The translations under genes and the position numbers were made by a program. The notes beneath the pieces were generated by a model that did no database searches, was not told where the DNA came from, and saw nothing but the letters and a program-made list of their open reading frames with translations. DNA of 64,000 nucleotides from an uncultured Oscillospiraceae bacterium (GTDB taxonomy: Bacteria; Bacillota; Clostridia; Oscillospirales; Oscillospiraceae): assembly GCA_964644305.1 (NCBI GenBank), contig CAZXVA010000002.1, forward strand, positions 4,964 through 68,963. The letters are read 5' to 3'. Positions 20,701-32,700 of this stretch are shown here, one piece after another. Position 1 is the first letter of the stretch. Every line of letters begins with the position of its first letter.

Positions 20701-23700
20701 AGAGCCGCCGGAGATGTACGCGTGGTTTTCGCCCGCGACCTCGGCAAGGACGGTGCTGAGCAGGGCATTGCCGACCGAGACATACACGATGGGAGAGAGA
20801 ATGGTGGCAAAGGCCGTGGCCGTGCCGTCGGCGTAGATTCTTATGCTGTCGTACTTATTGTATTTGCCATCATAGGCAGTATTCACAAACGCATCTTTGA
20901 TGGTAAGATTTGAGTCGGAGACGAACGCCTTGTTGACAGCGCCGGTTTTGGCGGAGGCAGTGTTGGCCTCGACGCCATAAGCCGTGAAGCCGTACTTCGG
21001 CTGGTCAACGGCGGAGTGCGCGGTGGCGGTGAAGGCGCTGTTGACCTCAAGCGTATTTGCGGTGACGGTGCTGTTTTCAACAGAGGCGGTGAACGCGCCG
21101 TCGGCCCGGGCAAGCGCCGTGACCGCGCCGAGGTTCACAAGGCCGATGTAAACATCATTGTTGTTCTTTGTCGTGTCACCGGCGGTGTCCGCCTTGGCGT
21201 AGCTCTTGGCGGTGTTTTTGACGGTGACGGCGCCGGTGGCGGTGATTTTCGCACCGTTGACGGTGGCGGAGCTTGCGCCGGACATGGTGGCCGTGAGGGT
21301 GTTGACCTTGGCGGAATTCTCGGAGATTGTAATGGCTCCGTCAGCCGTGTTGTCGGTGAGGTTGCCGAGGACGGCGGATGCGCCCTCGTTGTCGCCGTCG
21401 TTGAACTTGCTTTCCACCGTGACGGACTCGCCCTCGACCGTGGCGCGGTTGAGCCGGGCAGTCTGGGTGGCGGATACGGTGGCGATGAGGGTGTTGACAA
21501 CGGCGCTTTGAATGGTGATATTTACAGGCTGCTTGGCGACGGCGGCGTCAGCGGTGGCGGTGCCGTCGGCCGAGATGATGAGCTTGGCGAGGATGGTCAA
21601 GTTGGGGTCGGCATCGGAGGAGTCGTCAGTGCCGGTTTTGTCCTGCCTATCTGTGACATTGGCGACGTTGACGCCGGTGTGGGCGGCGATGCCGGTTGTG
21701 GCGGAGGCGACGTTGGCATTGACCTCGGCCGCTTTGACGCTCGCGCCGTTTTTGGAGGCGGTTGTCTTGGCGGAGGATTTGGCGGTGTAGGTGTTGGTGA
21801 TTTTCAGCTCTTTGGCGGTGACGCGGCTGCTCGCGCCGTTGAGATAGGCGGAGTAATTGCCGTTTGCGTTGGCATAGAGCACGTTGACGCCGAGGGAGAC
21901 GAGGCCAACGTCCTCCGTGGGCAGGGCGATGTCCGCCGTGGCGTAAGAGGTGGCGTCGGACTTGATTTCCACCGCGCCGGTGCAGGTGAGCGCGGAGGCA
22001 GAGACGTAAGCGCTGCTTGTGGCAGCCGCCGTGGCGGTGGCGGAGTTGGCGTTTGCACCGAGGAGAGTGCAATCAACCATGGTGTTCGTCACGCCGCCGA
22101 GCTTGGCGGTTGCGCCGTCGGTCTTGTCTTTGTTCAGCTCGCTGATGACGGAGATGGTGCGCTCGGCTTCGGCGGTGCTTTCCCCGTCGACGGTGACGTC
22201 GGCGTTTTCAATGTAAGCAAACTGCTTCGCATTGAGCTGCGCCACGAGGATATTGGCGGCGATTTTGGTGCCGCTGAGGGTGACGGTGTTGGAAGTGACA
22301 CCGGCGTCGGCCGTGGCCGTGCCGCCGGCCTTGACGGTGACGCTGCCATTGTGCGCGCGGAGCGTGCCGCCGCGCACACCGGCCTCGGCCTTGGTGTTGA
22401 CGATGGCGGTGGCGACATTGGCCTCGACCGAATCGGCCTCGAGGTTGACGCCGCCGGTGGCCTGCATGGTTTTGGCATCGGCCTTGGCGATATAGGTGTT
22501 GGTGACATCAATGCTCGCGGCGTCGATGTCGTGGTTGGTGGCGTTGTCGATGAACGCGGCGAAGTCGCCGTTTGCAAGGGCGACGATGACGGTGACGCCG
22601 ACGGCCTTATAGCCGATATCGGCAGTGGGCGTTTGCACACCGGCCTCGGCAATGCTGTTTGCCTTGGAGGCGACTGTGACGGCCTTGGTTTTGGCGTTTA
22701 TCTTGGAATTGGTGATGGAGGCTTCGTTGACGGAGTCATTGCGCGCGACGGCGGCGCTGCCCTCGGCCTTGACGGCGCTGAAGCTGACGTTCGCACTCTT
22801 GGAAACACCGGCGAGCTTGGCGACGGCCTTGTCGTCCTCGCCGTCGTTGAGATTGGCGGTGACGGAGACGGAGGCATCATTGACCGTGCTGCCGTTGAGA
22901 CGGGCGTAATTCTCGGCGGAGACGAGCGCAACAAGGACATTCGCGCCGACGGAGACGGCCGTGAGGTCGACCGTGGGCGTGGTGAGGGTTGCGCTTGCGG
23001 TGGCCGTGCCGTCGGCGGAGAGCGTGAGCGCGGTGGCGGTTATCGTGCCGCCGGAGATTTTGGCGGTGGAAGTGCTCGCGGCGTCGGCGACGCCGACATT
23101 CACGCCGATGCCGATGTTGCCGACGCTCGCCGGGATTCCGGCGGTGGGCGTGAGCTGAGTGACGGCGTTGGCGGTGTAATAGGTCTTGACGGTGACGGCA
23201 TTCGCGTTGACCGTGTCGTCGGCGGCGAGGGTGAGATAGGCGTTGAACGCGCCCTGAGAATAGGCAAAGGCGGTCATCAGCCCGGCCTCGTTATACGCAA
23301 GGCCGAGGTCAACAACCTTGGCGAGGGTGTTGGCAACGTCGTTGGTGCGGATGTCAACAGTGCCGTTGCCGGTGACGTTGAGCGCGTCGGCCGCGATGCC
23401 CGCGGTGGACTTGGAGCGGCCGTAAGCCACGGCGATGTTGGCGTAATAGCTATTGATTGCGCCTGTGCCGATGTGCAGCGCCGCAGTGGCGGTGTTGTCG
23501 TCACCGGTGGGGGCGAAGAGCTTGGAATAAACCGTGAAGGACGCGGCCTCGGCCTTGCCGCCGACAAGCTCGGCATTCTGCGCGCTGCGCAGAACGGCAA
23601 CGGCGACGCTCGCCGCGACGGATTTGCCTGCGACATTCAGCCCGTAGACTTCGGCATTCGCCGAGGACTTGGCAAGGGCGATTATTTTGACATTGCCCGT

Positions 23701-26700
23701 GGCCGTGAGGCCGTTTTCACTGCCGCTGCCGAATATCTTGGCGATGTTGGCGCTGCAATTGTCGGCAATGGCGAGGTTGATATTGGCGGCGACTGAACCG
23801 GCCACTGCCGTGATGGACTTGGCCTCGGCCTTGGCGATGTTGGCGACCACTTCACTGTCAAACGGGGGCGGTGCGATTACGCCGACATCGGTGGATACGG
23901 GGTTGGGGTCGCGCTTGTCGGCATGGACATACACGTCGACAGCGTTGACGGCGACGCCGGTGGTGTCCATGAGCGCCTCACTGCGCGCGCCGAGGTGGGC
24001 ATAGCCGATGCTCGCGCCGACGGCCATGGAGGCCGCGGTCGCGCCGACGAAGTCGGCCACGGCGGTGGCGTCGGAGGCGGAATTGATTTCGATATTGTGC
24101 GCGGTGACGGGCTTGCGGAGAATGGCGGCGACGGAAACGGTGTCATTGAAGCTGAGGAGCAGCGTGCCCGCCGTGCTGAATGAGCCGCCTGCCGCGACGT
24201 TGATGGCGATGGGAGTGGAGCGGCTTGTGACCGCGTTGCGCACGAGGATATCCGCATTCGCGGCGGTGATTGCACCGGAGGAGGCGGAAGTGTCGGTGCT
24301 GTCGGGGCTGAGGCCGATGAAGGTGTGAACGGTGGGGGCGACGACGGTGACAGCACCGGCGATGCCAATGGCCTCGGAAGCCGCGCCGGAAACGGAGACG
24401 ACCCACGCCTCGGCGGTGAGGTTTGAGGTGTTGAGGGCGCTTATCTTTTTGAGATTGGCGTCGTTGATGACAACGGCGTCGCCGATGAAGGTGTCAATGT
24501 GCATACGGTTGACGGCGACGGCGATGCCCGCGTTGACGCCGACTCCGCCGACGGCGGCGGCCGCAGAGGCGGCGACGACGTTGACCGTGGCGACGGTGGC
24601 AACGTCAACGGCGGGGGTGACGTCGGCGGTCTGAGCGGCGAAGCCGCCGATGTTGGCATTGCCGCCGATGGAGGCGGAGAGTTTACCCTCGGAGTAGATG
24701 ACGGTGATGGGCGTGCCGACGGCGACACCGCCGCCGGAGGCCGCGCCGGTGACGGCGAGGATTTGGTCATAAACCGTTTCCGCCTTGACGGAGACGGATT
24801 TGACGCCCGTGGTGTATCCGCTGACGCTGCCGTTGAGAGAGGCGAGGGTGTTATTCTTGAGGATGACGACGGCCATCGGGACGGACACGCCCGCGATCGC
24901 CCCGCCCACCGCCGTGGAGACAGAGCGGATGGTGCGGGAGGAGAGGTTGAGCTTGCCGGTGTTTTCGCTGTCCGCGATGAGGCCGCTTATAAAGGCATTG
25001 TTATCTTTCTCGGTTTTGTCGTCACCTTGGGCGATGGACTTCGTGCCGGAGGTGGCCTTGACGGTGACATTGCCGTCGGTGATGAGCGAAGCGCCGGTGT
25101 CAACAGAGGCGATGACGTTGCTGTAAAGCACGTTGACGGCGATGTTGACCGCAACACCGGCATAAGCAGAACCGGCGACGGTGGCGGAAATCATGTCGGA
25201 ATTGAGGGTTTCATTGGCGAGGACGGTGATATCGCCGGTGGAGGTGATTTTGACGTTTTTGCCGATGGTGGCGGAAACGGCGTTTTTCGCCTCGTATTCG
25301 GGCGCACGAATTCCGGCGGCCGCCTTGATGTCGGCGCTCGCTGAATCGTCGTCTATTTTCCGGTCTTCGCCGCGGAGAGCGACGTTGCCGTCTTTATCCG
25401 CGTCGACTATATCGGTGTTGTTGAATTCGTCGCTGACATAGCCGGTTTGGGCGTCGAACTCGCCGTTTTCATCACCGAGCTTGATGTCGGACTGCTTGGT
25501 GCCGTCTGCGGCGAGCTTGGCGTCAAGGCCGCGGATATCGTCGGCGGCGGGGAGAGTGCCGAACAGGCGGATGAAGCCGTCGGAATCGAAGCCGCCGGAT
25601 TGGGACTTGGCGTATTGTTTCTGTTCGTCCTCGCTGAGTTTATCATAGTCTTCCTGAGACAGGCGCGTGCCGCTTGAAATGAGGGCGTCGCGGGTGTCCT
25701 GCGTGAGCTTGCCGCCGGCGACTGTGACCATGATGGTCGTGCCGACTGCGGCCGCGCCGCTGGCGGTGGTGTTCGCGGCGTAGCCGCGAATATCGCGCAG
25801 AGCGTCGGCGGCGACGTTGACCGCGCCGGAGGCGAGGGTGCTCTTTTTGAGATTGGCGTCGCTGTCGGCAAAGCCGGAGGTGACGGTGTTGTGCAGGACC
25901 GTGACCATGGCGGTGACGCCGACGGCGGCCGTGCCCGTGGCGGCGACGACGCCGACAACGCCGATGATCTCGGAATTATCGAGGGCGGCGAGATTGATGT
26001 TTTTGGCGCTGATGACGGCGTTCTTTCGGGCGAGGGCGGTGGTCTTCTGGTCGGAGATGATGAGGTCGACCGCGCCGGAGACGGCGACAGTGCCGCTGGC
26101 GGCGACGCCGAGGACATCAGAGGTGACAAACTCGTGAGAATCGGCCTTGACGGTGACATCGCCCTTGGCAGTGACGTCCGCACCCTCGGCGAGGGCGGCG
26201 TTGGTTTCGCCCTTGAACCAGGTGACGACGGCAACCGGGGTGACGGCGACAGTACCGCTTGCCGTTCCGGCGGCGGCGAGGTTATAAAGCGAGGAATCGG
26301 CGTTGGCGGTGACGTTGACCGCGCCGTCGGCGTCTATCGCGCCGCCGAGGGATGAATTGAGCTTGTTTTCAAACACAAGGGCGTTCGCGCCGACGCCGAC
26401 GCCGACATTGCCGAGTGCGCCGCTGAAGCTGACGGCGATGAGATAGAGATAATCCTCGGAGTTTGCGGTGGCGTTGACGCTGCCGCGGCTCTTGATCGTG
26501 CCGGATGCGCCGACTGCGGCGTCCATTTCCTTGTTATAAACCATGGAGACGACGGTGGCGCCGACGCCGACGGTGCTGCTGACGGAAACCGCACCGGCGA
26601 GATTATATATTTCGGTTTCGTCGTTGGATTCGACGGTGAATTCTATATCTTTGTTGGGGTCACCTGAGGCAGCCTCCTCGCCCTCACCGGTGTCGCCATC

Positions 26701-29700
26701 CGTGCCGGTGGCGGCAAAGTCACCGGCTTCGACGGTCGCGCCGGCGCCGACGATGGCCTTGACCTTGTTGGAGAGGACGAGCGTGTTGACCACGCCGGAA
26801 ACGCCCGCCACGGCAGACGGGGCAACCCCGGCGCAGACAGAGGCGAGAACGAGGCGGGTGTTAGCATCGGCGGAGACGACGACGCCGCGGCGCTTCGTCT
26901 CGCGATTGGGGAGCTTGACGCCGAGGTCGGTTGCACCGGCGGGCTTGGCGGCCTTGGCCTTGAGGACGGTGTTGTCGGCGACGATGGTGAAAACCTGATT
27001 GTTGACCACCATGGTGGACACGACCGCGCCCACGCCGACTTGGCCGGCCACGGCGACAGTGGCCGCACCGGCGGCGCTGTAAAGGCCGAGGTCGAGGTCG
27101 GTGTAAACGGCGATGGTGTCACCGGCTTCGACGGTCGCGCCCTTGCCGGTTGTGTCGGCGGCGTTTTCGACTGCGGCGTCTTTGCCGACGGTGGTGTAAA
27201 TCTTGCTGTTGGACACAACGGTGGGGACGATGCCGCCGACGGTGGCCACGCTTGCGGCGGTGCTGACCGTGCCCTCGGCACTGACGACGACGGTTTGGTT
27301 TTTGCCCGTCGCGGCGAGGGTGACGTTCTTTCCGGCGGTGAGCTTGGCGCTTTCGCCGACGGTGGTGGAAACGGTCTGCTCAAAGACGCCGACATTCACG
27401 CTCGCGCCCACGGCGACTTGGCCGCCGGAGGCCGCGACGCCGGTTTGAACGGCGATTTGGCGGACGTCATTGGCGGAGAGGACGGTGATGTTGCCCTTGG
27501 CGGCGTCGACGACGGCGCTCTTGCCGACGGCGGCGGTGGTTTTGCTCTCGGTGACGATGACGCCGAGCGTCCCGGCGACGGTGGCCGCGTTGGTGGCGGC
27601 GGGGGCGGCGGAGACGGAGGCGAGGCCGTTGATGAGCTGTTCGGCGCTGTTGGCGGTGATAACGACGTCTTTGGCGACATCCTTGGCCGCGATGGCCGAG
27701 GCGTTATCGCCGATGGAGGCGTTGGTTTTGTTCTTGGAGACGATGGTGGTGAACGTGCCGCCGACGGAGACTTGGCCGGAGGCCGTGCCGCTGCCGGAGG
27801 CGGCGATGTGCATCAGGTCGGAGACGTTGTCCGCCGTGACCTTGACGCCGCCCGCGACGGATTCAAGCCGCGAGGCATCGCCCGCAGAGGCGTTGACGGT
27901 GTTGCCGGTGACGATGACATTGACCGTGCCGCCGACGGCGACCTGAGACGACGCACCGGCGGAGGCGGCGGCCGCCGCCGCGACGGCGAGGACGTCATTT
28001 TTCGCGTCGGCTGTGATGGCGATATCATTTTGCGCTTTGAGGGTGGTGTTCTTGCCGACGGAGGCGTTGACCGAGCCGCGATCATCAAAGCCGGTGACGT
28101 TCGCGCCGACGCCGTTGGAGCCGGTGATGGCGAGCGCGCCGCTGATGAGGCGGGTGTGGGTTTCGTTGGCGGCCTCGACGGTGGCCTTGCCGCCGTCGGC
28201 GTCAAACGCGTCGCCCTCGGCGGGGGTGAGGTCGATGCGGGCATTGTCGCCGATTTCGGCGGAGAGGATGTTTTGGGCAAAGAGCATGGAGACACTGCCC
28301 GCGACGGCCGCGCCGGACTGCATGAGATCGGCATTTATCGCCCCGGCGATGGACTCAATGTAATAATTGACAGAGGCGAGATAGTTGAGCATGTCGACGA
28401 GGGCAAGGAGCTTGTCGGTGCTGAGATTGACCTCGATGCTGTTGTCATTCTTCTTGCCATTGGGGTCATCCCCGTCGGTTATATTTATATGGAAGAGACC
28501 CTTGTTGTTGGGGTCATCGTCTTTACTGCCGTTGCCGGCGGTGAAGAGATTCTTTTGGTCAAAGGGGAAGACGTAATCCGCGTCGGTCACGGGGAGCTTT
28601 TTCGCGGAAACGGTGAGGTTTTGGCCGGTTATCTTGGCGTAATCCCCCACGCGGGCTTGGGTTTGGTTGTTGTCATAAATGAGGGCGAAGGACGCGCCAA
28701 CGCCGACGGCCTTGCGCCCGGCGGTGAGGCCGCCCGCGCGAACGGAGAGCTTGGATTTTTCGCTTGCGCTGACGACGATGTCCTTGGCGATGATTTCAGA
28801 GGCGGGGATGGGGTTTTCGGCGGCGGAGGCTGTGCCGTCTTTGATGAGCGCGGTGGCCTTGCCGTTGGTTTTGACAACGGAAACCGCACCCGCGAGACCG
28901 AGGCCGCCGCGGCTGGCGTCAACCGTACCGCCGAGGGACTGCGCCGCGAGGAGGCCGGGGTACTTCCCATCGAGATTTTGAGTGAGCGTGGCGCCGACCT
29001 TGACCGCGCCGTCGGTGTTCTTGCCGGAGGGGCTTTTCAGACTGCCGCCGACGGTGGAGTTGGCCTCATTCTCGTTGACGCTGACAGCGACACCGAGGGA
29101 GACAGACGTGCCCTTGATGGTGGGATTTTGGGGAATGTTGACGGTCGCGCCGGTGGCGTAGGCGCGGTGATTGGCGTTGTTGATGGCCTGCGCGTCAAAG
29201 GCTTCGGCGGTGAAGTCGCCGTCGATGAGGGCGTTTGCCTTGTGGGCGGTGACGTTGACGGCGGTGGCGGCGGCGATGTTGATGGTGCTGCCGTTGGGCT
29301 TGGTGACCGTCTGGGCGCTCATGCCGCCCGTTGCACCGGCGGCGGTGGAGTTGGAGACGGAGGTGTCCGCCATGGGCAGGTCGATGCCCAGGGACTTGAG
29401 CACGGTGGACATGAGGGGCGCAGAGCCGACCTTGCCCGTGATTTTGTTGACAGTGCCAAAGCCGTTGAGCTTGGAGACGACAGTGTTGCTGAGCGAGCCG
29501 CAGGGCGGGTCATCAGTGGCGTTGAGAATGCCGACAACCATGCGGATTTTTTCAAACACGCGCTCAAGCATTGCGCCGTAGGTGAGGGCGAGAGCCTGCG
29601 CCTCATCCTCGTTGGCGGTTTCGGCGTCGACGATGACCTTGCCGGTCGACGTGCCGGAGCCGAGGAGCTTGGCATTGACGTCGGAGGTGGCGAGGTTGAC

Positions 29701-32700
29701 GGCGACGGCAGCGCCGACGGCGGCCTTGTTGCCGGTGGCGAAGCCGCCGGCACTTGCGTTGGTTTGGCCGCGCTGACGCGCGCGCAGGTAAAGATTCGCC
29801 TGCTCGTAAATATCCTGTTTTGTTTCTTCATCCTGTCCTGTGACTCGGGCGGTCTCGATGAGGTTGCCGCCGGTGAGCGTGAGGACGCAGCCCTCTTTGA
29901 CAAGGGCGTTGACGGTGTTGGAGATGATGTTGAGTGCCACGGAGGCATCGGCGGCGATGTCCTTGGTGGTGGTCATGCCCGCAGGGAGCGGCTGGCCGAT
30001 GACGGGCGTAATGCTTTCATAATCTTGGAACGACTGCTGTCTGCCGATGGGGTCTTGACCCGCGACGGAGGCGGTGTCAACATCGTTATGGACGATGGCC
30101 TGCTGTGCGAGCGAGGCGGCAGAGATGGTGCGCTTGGCGCCGGTTATCGCCTCGGCGGTGGCGTCGAGATTGGTCATGGCGAAGGACGCGCCCACGCCGA
30201 CGCTCGTGCCGGGGGCGGCTTTGCCGGTCTTATTCTTGACAGGGAGGCCGTTGTTGGCGGCGGAGGAGGTGGCGGTGGCATAAACCTTGTTGGCCGAATG
30301 GGCGTAAAGCTGAGCATCGCCGGTGAGAGAGACGGTGTCACCCTCGGCGGGGTCGGCGAGGTCGGCGAGAATGGCCTTGGCGGTGGCCTTGACGATGTTG
30401 AGGGCAAGGCTGCCCGCGACGCCGACATTTGCCCCGCCCGCGCCGGAGATGGCGATGGTGGAGATGCGGTTGCCGACATTGTCAAGCTCGCTGTCGGTGC
30501 CGTACTTGGTGGCGAGGGAGACAGCGACGGCCTCACGCAGGAGGTCAACGGTGACTTCAAGCTGCATGGCCTTTTGGTCGACAAGGGTGTTGAAATCGTT
30601 TTCGACCGAACTGTCACCGATTATAAATTTGAGAATGTTGGCAGGGTCGGAGAGCATGGCGATGAACTCATCGACCATGGCCTCGGCGAGGCCGCCCATG
30701 AGCGCGGTGGAGGTGTCCGTCTTTTTCTGTTGCAGGCTTTCAACGACGAGCTTAACGACAAGGTCTTTCAAAAGCTCTTCCTGCTTGGCCTTTTGCTGTT
30801 CCGGGGTAAGGTTCAGATAATCTTGCTCTTCTTTAGTGAGATTTCCGGCGTCTTTTTTCGCATTAAGACCGGCGATATACTCATCGTATATTTTCTTATA
30901 CTCTTCCTTATTGATGAGGTCTGTGAATGTGTCGACCCCATTCGCTTTGAGAAGAGCATCTACGAGTATTTGAATGTTGTTGACACCGGCAAGATAAGTG
31001 ACGAGCTCGGTGAGGATTTCCTCGACGGCGCGGAGGTTCTCCGCTTCGAGGACGTCGGCGCGGATGGTGAGGTCAGAGCCGATTATCTTTCTTGCGCCGA
31101 CGTAGGCGATGTTTTCATACTCGACATAGTTGACGGCCACGGCCGCGCCCACGCCGGTGCTGCTGTTGCTGGCGGTGGAGTCGGCGCGGATGACGGCGTC
31201 GGTGTCCTCAAGGGCGGTGACGGCGACGGGGCCGGAGCACTCGACGGTGAGGCCGTCGGCGATGGTGGCCTTGGCGCTGTTGAAGTGGACATTGGTGGCG
31301 ATGCTTGCCGCGACTTGGACACTGCCCTCGGTGGTCTGCATGGCGGGGCGCTTTTGCGTCATGGTGCTGACCTTCAGGGAGTTGAGGGTGGTGCTTTTGC
31401 CGGCGAGCGAGCCGAGCTGCCCGGCGAGCTTGGCAAGGACGCCCTCATTCTTCTTGGCGGTTTTTTCGGCCTCGCTGTTGGGGTTGAGGGAGTTGGTGGT
31501 GTCATGTTCGCCGCCGGTGACGTTGTCTCTCTCTTTGCCGATTTCTCCGGTGTCCTTCGTGAGCTCGTCAAGGCTTGCGCCGGTGGACGCGCCCGTTGGG
31601 GTGACTGGGCTGGGGGTCGCGCCGGTGGCGCCGGCATAAATGGTCTGCTCGATGCGGCTGATGGACTCGGAGGCGACGTTGACGCTTTTCGCCTTGACAC
31701 TGCGGGCGAGGAGCGCCTCGGCAGAGTCGGTGATGACGGAGAGGCCGACGGCCATGCCCGCGCCGGCTTTCGCGCCGACGGCCTTTGCGTTGACGTTCAT
31801 GACGCGGTCGGCAAAGGTGTTGGCCGTGACGGCGAGGTCACCGGCGAGGTGGGTGACGTAATTCTTCTTATCATAATTATAGTTGCCGACGGTGGCCTTG
31901 GTGTTGACGCTGCTGACCGTGACGGCCACGACGGGGACAACGCTCTTGCCGCCCATTGCGCCGGCCGCCGCTTCAAGATAGAAATCGGCACAATAGTCGG
32001 CGAGGACGGTGAGCGAGCCGAGGTAAACGACGGGGTTTTCCGCCGTGTTATATTTATTGTCGTTGGCATCCTGCTGCGCCTTGCCGAAGGAGGCATAGTC
32101 CACCACGGTGGCAAAGCAGTCAATGTTGATGACCTCGACCGCGACGCCTGCGCCCACGCCGACGGAATCGGCGGTCATTTTGAACGCGGGGGCGAGGGGG
32201 ACGGTGACAGGGCCGACGGGGATTTTGGCGGTGGTGCGCTTGCCGGAGGCGTCGCCCACGGTGATGTAATTGCCGCGCCCGGTCGCGATGACGGCGACGT
32301 CGCCGCCGTTGATGTTATAGGTGGCAAGGCCGAGGGTGGCGCAGTTGTTGACGTTGACCACGTGCACGGCGACAGCGCCGGTGATGGCTATTTTGACCTC
32401 AGGGTCGTTGGGCGAGTGGCCGGACTTGACCACCGCCTCGGAATCGGCCGCGAGAGTGTTGGCCACGACGTTGAGGGACTTGGCCTCGATATTGGGGCTG
32501 ACGGCCTTGTTGTCATTGATGTCCGTGTGGGAAATGATGGCCTCATTGCCGTGGATGAGAACTTCAATGCCGATGGCCGCGCCTATCGCGTTCTTGGGGA
32601 CTTGTTCCTTTGTCAGATAAGTACCCTGTATGAAATTGTCATCTCCAAGGAGAGACGGGGTGCGGTAAAGCGAGCCGTCGGACGTGAGGCGGGAGACGGA

